From Spirochaetaceae bacterium (GTDB lineage: Bacteria > Spirochaetota > Spirochaetia > Treponematales > Breznakiellaceae), in NCBI GenBank assembly GCA_031256905.1, contig JAIRPY010000129.1:1-54661 (forward strand): a stretch of 54,661 nucleotides of DNA, read 5' to 3'. The stretch's first letter is position 1. Every line of letters starts with the position of its first letter. This document shows positions 47,315 to 54,661 of the stretch, piece by piece. Below the pieces are notes generated by a model. That model did not search any database. It worked only from the letters and a program-made list of their open reading frames with translations, and had not been told where the DNA came from. The position numbers and the translations under genes are program-made.

Positions 47315-47860
47315 GTTAGCGTTTACGGAAACTCTGTTAGCATTTACGGAAACTTAGTTAGACTGTACAAAGACTTCGTTAGACCATACGGAGACTTCGC
47401 TAGACTATACGAAGACTCCGTTAGACTGTACGGAAACTTTGCTAGACTGTACGAAGACTTCGTTAGACCGTACGGAGACTTCGCTATACTGTACGGAAAC
47501 TCTGTTAGACCGTACAGAAACTTCGTTAGACCGTACGGAAACTCTGTTAGACCGTACGGAAACTTAGTTAGCTTTTACGAAGTCTCCGTTAGACCGTACA
47601 AAGACTCCGTTAGTGTTTACGGAAGTTTCAGCAATGTTTACGGAAGTTTCAGCAGTGTTTACGGAAACTTCAGCAATGTTTACGGAAGTTTCAGCAGTGT
47701 TTACGGAAACTTCAGCAATGTTTACGGAAACTTCAGCAATGTTTACGGAAGTTTCAGCAATGTTTACGGAAACTCTAGCAATGTTTACGGAAACTCTAGC
47801 AGTGTTTACGAAAGTTCCATCAGTGTTTACGGAGTTTCCGTTAGCGTGTACGGAAAATAT
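47315..47860. repeat. Tandem repeat array D: 26 exact-register 21-bp units in two sub-families
   Basis: Units start at 47315+21n. Units 1-15 and 26 are about GTTAGACCGTACGGAAACTYY. Units 16-25 are about AGCARTGTTTACGGAARTTTC. There are no indels across 546 bp. Confidence 0.97.
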
Positions 47861-47962
47861 GCCGAAAAAACCGAAAAGATGCAAGGGGGGTATAGAAAGA
47901 ATTTCCGCCCTCCGGGGGCATAAAAAGAAGGCGAAAAAAATCGAAAAATCTTTGCAAGAGAC

Positions 47963-47991
47963 TTGACTCTTTTTTTTATTATCGATATATT
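47963..47991 (+). promoter_or_regulatory. Candidate strong sigma70-type promoter for tRNA-fMet
   Basis: TTGACT (47963-47968), a 17-nt spacer, then TATATT (47986-47991). The tRNA 5' end lies 12 nt downstream. Confidence 0.6.
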
Positions 47992-48002
47992 AAAAGCATC
48001 AA

Positions 48003-48075
48003 CGCAGGGTGGAGCAATTGGCAGCTTGTCGGGCTCATAACCCGAAGGTTAGAGGTTCGAATCCTCTCCCTGCTA
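48003..48075 (+). tRNA. Initiator tRNA-fMet (anticodon CAT)
   Basis: A manual cloverleaf gives a 7-bp acceptor stem with a C1/U72 mismatch and an A11:U24 pair. It also has three G:C pairs (29-31:39-41) next to the CUCAUAA anticodon loop and a TTCGAAT T-loop. The sequence is close to E. coli tRNA-fMet. CCA is not encoded. Confidence 0.9.
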
Positions 48076-48146
48076 TTTGTTCCCTGCCGAGGCCCCTCCG
48101 GCCCTTGCAGGCCCCCGCCTTACCCCTGCCGGCCCCCCGCCGATTT

Positions 48147-49106
48147 TTACATCCCCCCAGAGGAAAAATGAATTTTGTAGAGATACTGATCCATCAATAT
48201 ACTCTCCAGAGCCCCGCCGCCGGACCGGACGAGGATGTCATATTCTGCGGTAAGAGAAAGGCAGATTTCCGGGTTATAGCGGCGGGAAGCGCGTTCGTAG
48301 TCTTTCCGGGCTTTTGGGGATGCGAGGCCGATTTTTCTGTAATCCAGGTCCCCGGTTTTGCCGGCTTCGGCGAGGCCTGCGTAATCCCGAAGTTTCCTGA
48401 AACACCAGGCCAGGCCGGCAAGAATTGCCGGGGGCGTTTCTTTCGCCCGAAGCAGGGACCGCAGAGTCCCCAGGCTTTTGGATAAATCCCCTTCGGCAAT
48501 CCGGGAAAATAACGTAAACGCGGATTCTTCCCGGGTGTGGGAGAGCAGTTTTTCCAAATCTTCGCTGGTTATGGGCTTGTCTTTATCGAGGAACAGCAGA
48601 AGCCGCTGACATTCCCGGCGGAGGGCCTCGGTATTGTTTTCCACAAGTTCAAGGATGGTTTCAACTCCGTCCTCGCCGATGCGAAAACCGGCTCGTTTGA
48701 AAAAACCGCTTACCCATTCGATTTTCCGGTTTTCAAAGAGTTCCCAAAAAACCCGTTTATTGCCCCCCGGAATCGGCGTTTCCAGTCCTTTTGCAATATT
48801 CGTCCCCTCGGCCAAGAGAATCAGAACGGTATCGTCCTGGGGATGGGCTAGGTAATCCCCGAGAAGTTCAATTTCTTCCTTCTTTTTGATGATTTCTGCG
48901 TTTTTGATAAAAATGAGCCGGTGATCCGCAAAGAGAGACCCATTTTGCAAAACCGATACAATTACCGAAACCGGAGTCTCCCCCGGATAAAAGGACATTT
49001 CCTCCGGCGGCGCGGTTTTGCCGAGTTTGGCTCGGATTTCCGATACCGCATCTTGTTTTTCCCCGATTTCAGGACCGAGAAAAAGAAAACAGCTTCCTTT
49101 AGCCAT
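48147..49106 (-). CDS. holA: DNA polymerase III delta subunit
   Basis: 319 aa with ..CFLFLGPE.GEK.. at the N-terminus and a helical C-terminal domain typical of HolA. Confidence 0.75.
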   Translation of the reverse strand: MAKGSCFLFLGPEIGEKQDAVSEIRAKLGKTAPPEEMSFYPGETPVSVIVSVLQNGSLFADHRLIFIKNAEIIKKKEEIELLGDYLAHPQDDTVLILLAEGTNIAKGLETPIPGGNKRVFWELFENRKIEWVSGFFKRAGFRIGEDGVETILELVENNTEALRRECQRLLLFLDKDKPITSEDLEKLLSHTREESAFTLFSRIAEGDLSKSLGTLRSLLRAKETPPAILAGLAWCFRKLRDYAGLAEAGKTGDLDYRKIGLASPKARKDYERASRRYNPEICLSLTAEYDILVRSGGGALESILMDQYLYKIHFSSGGM

Positions 49107-49139
49107 GCCAGGTCCTTATAAAGAGGGAAGGCCAATCGT

Positions 49140-50537
49140 TCATTTGGTGGTCCTTATCTTATATTTCTTTACTTTTGTGTGGAGATTACTGGGATACACC
49201 CCGATGGCTTCCGCAGTACGGTTTATGACGCCTTCATGTTTGGCGAGCTGGTATTCGAGGTAACGTTTTTCAAAGGTCTCTTTCGCTTCGGCATAGTCGA
49301 GGTCGAGCAGAGCTAAGAAATCCGCCTCGGCGCCGTCTTTCGGCTGATTCCCCAGAACCGCCGGGCTTTTCTGAAGAAGGTCCGTCAAAACCGCTTCGCC
49401 GATGGTGCCTTCCGGGTGAAGTACGAGAATTCGTTCCGCCACGTTCCGAAGTTCCCGGACGTTCCCGGGCCACCGGTACTCCTGAAGAGCTTTCACCGCC
49501 GGGGCTTCGAAGCGCAGTTTGTCTCCTCCGTAGCCGGGTCCCCCGATTTCGCGCAGGAAATGGGTCAAAAGGAGCAAAATATCCTCCGGCCGGTCCCGCA
49601 AGGGGGGCATATAAATAGGAATCACGTTGAGCCGGAAGTACAGGTCCTGTCTGAATCGTCCCGCTTCGCATTCTTCTATGAGATTTTTGTTGGTAGCCGC
49701 GAGGATCCGGACATCCACTGCGATGGTTTGCTCGCCTCCAACCCGTTCGATTTGCTGTTCTTGGATGGCCCGCAGGACTTTGGCCTGCGCGGTGAGGGAC
49801 ATATCGCCGATTTCGTCGAGGAAGAGGGTGCCGCCGTCGGCCAGCTCGAATCGGCCCTTGCGGCTGGTTACCGCGTCGGTGAATGCGCCCTTTTCATGCC
49901 CGAAAAGCTCGCTTTCGATAAGGGTGTCCGGGATGGCCGCGCAGTTGACTTCCACGAAAGCCTTGTGGGACCGGCTGGACCCGCGATGAACCGCCCGGGC
50001 GACCAGCTCTTTGCCGCTCCCGTTTTCCCCGGTGATGAGAATCCGGGCATCGCTGGAGGCCGCTTGTTCAATTAACGCCTTAACTTGGTTAATTTCCCGG
50101 CTGACGCCGATGAGTTCATCCCGGTCCTTCAGGCGCATATTTTTTTTGAGGTCCCGGTTCTCTTCCCGCAGATGCCGCAGAGTCAGGGCGTTTCGGACCG
50201 CCGTCAGGACCTTATCTATGGACAGGGGCTTTTCCAAAAAATCAAAGGCCCCCAGTTTCGTCGCCCGGACCGCCATGTCCACGTTGCCATGCCCGGACAT
50301 GACAATCACTTCGAGGTCGGGCCGGAGGGATCGTATTTTTTCGAGGGCTTCCAGGCCCCCCATTTTGGGCAAGAGGACGTCGAGAAATACCAGGTCCACC
50401 GGCTCCTGATTTACAATATCCAAGCCGGCCAGCGCGGTTTCCGCAGTATGGACCCTATAATTTTCATCTTCCAAAATCGAAGCGAGAGTCCGCCGGATCC
50501 CGGGTTCATCATCGATAATCAGTATCTTTTTTCCCAT
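49140..50537 (-). CDS. Sigma-54-dependent response regulator (NtrC/AtoC family)
   Basis: REC domain (..ILIIDDE..DLVFLDV..), AAA+ domain with GENGSGKE and GAFTDA, the ESELFGHEKGAF motif, and a C-terminal Fis-type HTH. Confidence 0.9.
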   Translation of the reverse strand: MGKKILIIDDEPGIRRTLASILEDENYRVHTAETALAGLDIVNQEPVDLVFLDVLLPKMGGLEALEKIRSLRPDLEVIVMSGHGNVDMAVRATKLGAFDFLEKPLSIDKVLTAVRNALTLRHLREENRDLKKNMRLKDRDELIGVSREINQVKALIEQAASSDARILITGENGSGKELVARAVHRGSSRSHKAFVEVNCAAIPDTLIESELFGHEKGAFTDAVTSRKGRFELADGGTLFLDEIGDMSLTAQAKVLRAIQEQQIERVGGEQTIAVDVRILAATNKNLIEECEAGRFRQDLYFRLNVIPIYMPPLRDRPEDILLLLTHFLREIGGPGYGGDKLRFEAPAVKALQEYRWPGNVRELRNVAERILVLHPEGTIGEAVLTDLLQKSPAVLGNQPKDGAEADFLALLDLDYAEAKETFEKRYLEYQLAKHEGVINRTAEAIGVYPSNLHTKVKKYKIRTTK

Positions 50538-50557
50538 TTTTTTCCTAATTCCGCATT

Positions 50558-52312
50558 TTATGTTTCAGAAAGATTTTGAGGTTCCGCATCTTCTTGCCCC
50601 GGCAGATCGATGAAAAATGTCGACCCGGCGGCTTCCGCGGAATTAACCCAGATGCTCCCCCCATGATCCTGCACTATCCGCTCCACAATGGGCAATCCCA
50701 GACCGGTCCCGCCCAAGCCTGTGCCTCCGGCTTTTGTGGTAAAGTAAGGCGTGAAAATTCGCGATTTATCCGCTTCTGGAATGCCTTTTCCCGTATCCCG
50801 AACGCTTATTCTACAATACCGGATTTCTCTCTTTTTGACAAGATCAGCCCGTATTTCAATGAGGCCCGCCCCGTCCATGGCGTCGATTCCGTTGTTGATA
50901 AGGTTTACCAAGGCCTGCCCAAGCCGATGGGGGTCAATCTTAACCGATATATTTTTCGGTATGGAGGCGATATTAATGTTCACCCGGGGATGAGAACTGC
51001 CATAGGGACCGATAACGGACTCCGCCAGGTCCCGCACATTCGTCCAGGTCCGGGACGGCTCTAGGGGCTTGGAAAGGGTCCGAAATTCGGTGAGAAGAAT
51101 CGTAAGCATCTCGGTCTCCTGAATAATCGCCAGCATCGAGGTTTCCAAAATTTCCCCCAAACGATCCGGCTCATTCCGCCATCGCCGCAGGACCCGCTCC
51201 GCCGAAAGTTTTATCGGCGTAAGGGGATTCTTTATCTCATGGGCCAACTGTTCCGCCATGCTCTGCCAAATCGATATTTTCTCCGCCTTCACCAGGGACG
51301 TCTTCAATCGCCCCAAATCTTGAGCCATCGTATTAAACGAACCCACCAGCTGACTTAACTCGTCATTCTTCCTCGTCATAATATGCACGCTGAAATCTCC
51401 GGAAGCAATCCGCCGAGTCGCCTCCGTAAGCTCCATGAGGGGCTGAGTAATCCGGCGAGTAAAAGATATGGCAATAATCAGGGTCATGAGAATAATCGGA
51501 AAGAAAAAAATACTGTAATAAAAAATAAGAATCGGCTTTACATGAATGTTCAAAAAAGCAAGCGCGCTGAACCGGGATTTCTCCTGCTCCAGGGCCTTCA
51601 AGGACCCGTCAAAACCCTCCGCCAGGTTAAACCAAAAAACCCAAAGCTTTTTGCCCCGCCTCAGGGCATACCGGACCGTATCGGTATCCCGGGGCATCTC
51701 CCGAGGAAGAAAGCCCGTCTGAACCGCCGGAGGCGTCAAAACTTTCCGGGAAGAGTCTCCCCAAAAGCCTTGGGCTTCCCATTCCCCGGCATCGTTTTGC
51801 GCGAACTCCTGCACCCCGGCAATCTCTTCCGGCAAATCCGACGCCCCCGGGAAAACCTCCGCCGCCAAAGTCTCAAAGTGTTCCAACTGAAAGGCGTAAA
51901 GGCTTATCGCGGATTCCTCCGCGAAGTCGATAACCCGCAGGACATCGATGCTCCGGTAAAACCGGACGAATTCCGCCGCGGCCTGGGCGGTAATAATCGC
52001 CGCCGGGGTCGCCGCAAACAGCGCGATAATACTGAAATACCCCAACAGTTTGATCTGAAATCGGCCTCCGCTCCGGCGGGCAATAAGATCCCGCAGGAAA
52101 CTCAGCAGAGAAATCGACAGAAAAGCCGCCAACACCGCCGGAATAGTAAAAAAAAGAAGACCGTAGAATAAAAGCGGAGTTTCCAGCCCCTGTAAGATGC
52201 GGATAAAGAAGAACCGCGAAAACAATACCGTTATAATGCAGAGGGCCAGATAGATAACTATCAGGCCCCGGACATTGATAATAGTCTGTTTCGCGTGAGT
52301 CAGGGTTTTCAC
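50558..52312 (-). CDS. Sensor histidine kinase (2 TM + HAMP + HisKA + HATPase_c)
   Basis: H-box ..LAHEIKNPLTPI.., N-box ..LVNLINNGIDA.. and G-boxes ..DTGKGI.. / ..GTGLGL... It lies 20 nt upstream of the response-regulator gene. Confidence 0.9.
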   Translation of the reverse strand: MKTLTHAKQTIINVRGLIVIYLALCIITVLFSRFFFIRILQGLETPLLFYGLLFFTIPAVLAAFLSISLLSFLRDLIARRSGGRFQIKLLGYFSIIALFAATPAAIITAQAAAEFVRFYRSIDVLRVIDFAEESAISLYAFQLEHFETLAAEVFPGASDLPEEIAGVQEFAQNDAGEWEAQGFWGDSSRKVLTPPAVQTGFLPREMPRDTDTVRYALRRGKKLWVFWFNLAEGFDGSLKALEQEKSRFSALAFLNIHVKPILIFYYSIFFFPIILMTLIIAISFTRRITQPLMELTEATRRIASGDFSVHIMTRKNDELSQLVGSFNTMAQDLGRLKTSLVKAEKISIWQSMAEQLAHEIKNPLTPIKLSAERVLRRWRNEPDRLGEILETSMLAIIQETEMLTILLTEFRTLSKPLEPSRTWTNVRDLAESVIGPYGSSHPRVNINIASIPKNISVKIDPHRLGQALVNLINNGIDAMDGAGLIEIRADLVKKREIRYCRISVRDTGKGIPEADKSRIFTPYFTTKAGGTGLGGTGLGLPIVERIVQDHGGSIWVNSAEAAGSTFFIDLPGQEDAEPQNLSET

Positions 52313-52327
52313 ACCGAATTTTTCTTC

Positions 52328-52591
52328 TTATTCTTCAAATTTTGCCTCGAACAGCCGGACTAGGGCTTCCAGAGCTTCAATTTCATCGGGTCCTTCGGTG
52401 ACAATATTCAGTTCTGTGCCGTACCCGGCTCCCATCGTCAAAATTCCCATGATGCTTTTGCCATTGATGCGGTCATTATCTTTTTCTATATATATTTTGC
52501 TCTTGAAATCTTTTGCGATTTCCACAATCATAGCCGCCGGTCGAGCGTGAACTCCGGCGCGATTGGATACGGTTATTGTGCGTTCCGTCAT
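52328..52591 (-). CDS. ptsH: Phosphocarrier protein HPr
   Basis: 87 aa with the His-15 region ..NRAGVHARPA.. and the Ser-46 region ..INGKSIMGIL... Confidence 0.9.
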   Translation of the reverse strand: MTERTITVSNRAGVHARPAAMIVEIAKDFKSKIYIEKDNDRINGKSIMGILTMGAGYGTELNIVTEGPDEIEALEALVRLFEAKFEE

Positions 52592-52599
52592 GGTTATTC

Positions 52600-53613
52600 C
52601 TATATTATATCTTCTGTGTCAAAATAGACCGCTTTTGAGGCATCGCTTTCGGTCCAGCGTAGAATATTCTGGTTGAATTCCCGGGCCGAATGATACCCCA
52701 TTTTTTTAAGCCGCTCGTTCATCGCGGCGGATTCTATGATAACCGGAATGTTCCTGCCCGGTTTTACGGGGATTTCCAGTTTTGGGACCCGCACGCCCAG
52801 CAATTCTTCGTACTTTTCCTGGGTACCCAGCCGGTCGTACTCTTTGCTGGAGTTCCATTCTTCCAGCTCTACGACCAGCTGAATTTCCTTTCGGTCCCGG
52901 ATCGCCCGGACCCCGAAAAGCCGGGTGATGTTGATGATGCCCAGTCCGCGAATTTCCATGTGATGCCCAATCATCGTCCGGGACCCCGCGCCGATGAGGT
53001 TATTCCCGTTGACGCAACGGATGGCGATAGTATCATCCGCCACAAGCCGGTGTCCATGCTTCACCAATTCCAGAGCGGTCTCGCTTTTGCCCACCCCGGA
53101 ATCGCCGATAAGCAGAATCCCAAGACCATAGACCTCCACCAGGACCCCATGGAGGGTCAGAGAAGGGGCAAACACATTCGTCAGCACCTGCATGAGTTTG
53201 GCATGAAATTCGGTGCTACTCAGATCAGTTTGGAGAATGGGACATTGATTCAACTCCGCCTCTTCAAGAAAATTGCGGTCCGGCAAAAGCCGATGCGAAA
53301 AAATGCAACACGGAATCGGATAGGTAAACATATGCTTGATAGTTTCCGTTTTGCCTTCCAATTCAAGTTTCCGGAGATAGGCCGCTTCTCCCTTTCCAAA
53401 TAACTGAACCCGATCATACGCAAAGGAATCATAAAAACCGGATAAGGCCAATCCGGGGCGGTTCAAATCAGGAACTTTGATTTTGCGCCCCAGCCCTTTC
53501 CGCCCTCCAATGCAACGAAGATGTAAGGATACCGGCTCCTTCAGTTCATTTTCAGCATTGATCAAACCCAATACGGTAAACTGCTTTTCTGACATATTTT
53601 TATCATAATCCAC
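52600..53613 (-). CDS. hprK: HPr kinase/phosphorylase
   Basis: P-loop ..GDSGVGKSE.. and the signature ..LVADD...... / ..HHMEIRGLGIINI... GTG start. Confidence 0.9.
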   Translation of the reverse strand: MDYDKNMSEKQFTVLGLINAENELKEPVSLHLRCIGGRKGLGRKIKVPDLNRPGLALSGFYDSFAYDRVQLFGKGEAAYLRKLELEGKTETIKHMFTYPIPCCIFSHRLLPDRNFLEEAELNQCPILQTDLSSTEFHAKLMQVLTNVFAPSLTLHGVLVEVYGLGILLIGDSGVGKSETALELVKHGHRLVADDTIAIRCVNGNNLIGAGSRTMIGHHMEIRGLGIINITRLFGVRAIRDRKEIQLVVELEEWNSSKEYDRLGTQEKYEELLGVRVPKLEIPVKPGRNIPVIIESAAMNERLKKMGYHSAREFNQNILRWTESDASKAVYFDTEDII

Positions 53614-53663
53614 ACGCCGAAGGTCCGCAATGTTCTATCTTCGGCGGATAACGGGAATTGAAC

Positions 53664-53700
53664 GAAGCCGGTTTCTTTTAAAGAAGAAAATCCGGCCTTC
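53664..53700. repeat. Short imperfect palindrome sharing an exact 19-mer with the ATPase intra-operon hairpin
   Basis: GAAGCCGG...CCGGCCTTC arms. TTTTAAAGAAGAAAATCCG at 53676-53694 is identical to 14494-14512. Confidence 0.7.
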
Positions 53701-53720
53701 TTTAACATAAGCCTCAAGCC

Positions 53721-54470
53721 TCAGCCGAACTTGGCGATAGGGACAAAGGTATCCGCCTTGAGGGCCGCCCCGCCGACTAACGCGCCGTCGATGTTTTCCT
53801 TCGCCATAAGCTGGGCGGCGTTATCGGGCTTTACGGACCCGCCGTATTGGATGATAATCTTCTGCGCCAAATCTCCGCCGTACAGCCGCCCGACGACCTT
53901 CCGGATGTGAGCATGAATCGCGTCCGCGTCTTCGGGAGTGGCGGTCTTGCCGGTCCCTATCGCCCATACCGGCTCGTAGGCAATGGTCACCCGGACCAGC
54001 TCGGCCTTGTTTACCCCGGTCAAACCCCAAATCGTTTGGGTTTCGCAGACTACCTCCGCCAGTCCGGCCTCGCGTTCCTGCAAGGTTTCGCCGACGCAGA
54101 GAATCACCTCCAGCCCATGTTTCAGGGCAAGCTGGACCTTTTTGTTGATCAGGGCGTCATCTTCTTTGTAGGTGTGCCGCCGCTCGCTGTGTCCGAGAAT
54201 CACCACCTGTACGCCCAAATCCTTGAGCTGTAAAATCGAAACTTCCCCGGTATGCGCGCCCTGCTCTTCAGCCGCAACGTTCTGCGCGCCCAAAAGGATA
54301 TTGGTCCCAATGATAATCGGTCCAACCGTCGCAAGACTCGTGAAACTCGGGGCAATCAAATACCGATGCTTCCCATCCCGAAGCTGGCTGACCAAGGCTT
54401 TGGCAAGTTCCGCCGCTTCTGAGCGGGTTTTGTGCATTTTCCAATTTCCTGCAATAAAATAGGGTCTCAT
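53721..54470 (-). CDS. tpiA: Triosephosphate isomerase
   Basis: MRPYFIAGNWKMH.., ..LGHSERR.., ..IAYEPVWAIGTG.. and ..YGGSV... I prefer the ATG at 54470 to 54503. Confidence 0.92.
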   Translation of the reverse strand: MRPYFIAGNWKMHKTRSEAAELAKALVSQLRDGKHRYLIAPSFTSLATVGPIIIGTNILLGAQNVAAEEQGAHTGEVSILQLKDLGVQVVILGHSERRHTYKEDDALINKKVQLALKHGLEVILCVGETLQEREAGLAEVVCETQTIWGLTGVNKAELVRVTIAYEPVWAIGTGKTATPEDADAIHAHIRKVVGRLYGGDLAQKIIIQYGGSVKPDNAAQLMAKENIDGALVGGAALKADTFVPIAKFG

Positions 54471-54540
54471 GTTTTCCTCTTTTAAAGAATTTTCCGCCGG
54501 CAAGTTTTTGGATCGCCGGCGGGTTTTCTGCCTTTTGCGT

Positions 54541-54661
54541 TTAGCCTCGGCAGACTTCGATGCCGGGCAATTTTTTGCCTTCGAGCAGTTCGAGCGACGC
54601 GCCGCCGCCGGTGGAGACGTGGCTCATTTTATCGGCGAGTTTGAACTTGTTGACGGCCGCG
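54541..54661 (-). CDS. pgk: Phosphoglycerate kinase, C-terminal 39 codons (gene continues beyond the window)
   Basis: The reverse translation reads ..[32 protein letters not shown], the conserved PGK C-terminus. The pgk-tpiA order is classic. Confidence 0.85.
   Translation of the reverse strand, partial: AAVNKFKLADKMSHVSTGGGASLELLEGKKLPGIEVCRG

Noticed and set aside
1274-47860. CRISPR interpretation of the four tandem arrays.
   Set aside because: The units are directly adjacent with no unique spacers, and the repeat length is only 21 bp. No cas genes or leader are present in the window.
47564-47966. ORFs 47564..47884(-) and 47613..47966(+) with SVNIAET and MFTEVSA heptads across array D.
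   Set aside because: Same artefact as in array C. They use TTG and GTG starts without an RBS, and the plus-strand ORF runs into the tRNA promoter. The fully open third frame has no start codon at all.
48009-48485. ORF 48009..48485(+), 158 aa.
   Set aside because: It starts inside the tRNA-fMet gene and runs antisense to holA. It shows no coding signal.

Overview
This 54.7-kb window is mostly core chromosome. Protein similarities, a V-type ATPase operon and a regulatory-only PTS suggest a spirochaete, probably Treponema-like; this taxonomic call is inference only. I can support about 50 protein genes. They include trpE-trpG, asnS, an fdhD/4Fe-4S/fdhF(Cys) formate dehydrogenase cluster next to a degraded Rpn-like gene remnant, and secG and ptsN. 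A nine-gene V/A-type ATPase operon has a coupled usp gene. Further genes are map, a pspA/YbjN-like/membrane-protein/hisD string, terD, ptsI, der, an OMP/LolA-like pair, an LplABC-type sugar ABC importer, purL and a PcrA/UvrD helicase. The right end carries an initiator tRNA-fMet, holA, an NtrC-type two-component pair, ptsH-hprK and tpiA-pgk. No CRISPR array, intact mobile element or recognisable defence system is visible. The most unusual signal is at the DNA level. Four intergenic tandem arrays (about 1.3 kb, roughly 2.4% of the window) all keep a strict 21-bp period (42 bp in one) and share a loose A-tract-C-TT(C) core. One array fills a whole convergent intergenic gap and supplies the helicase stop codon. 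I cannot assign these arrays to any family I know. Other points worth a second look are a C18 homopolymer upstream of a small OMP gene, an FdhD homologue whose catalytic Cys loop is replaced by K/E/S/F low-complexity sequence, and a terminator-like AT-rich spacer inside the ATPase operon. All coordinates were checked against the ORF track. All functional calls rest on remembered family motifs, not on searches.
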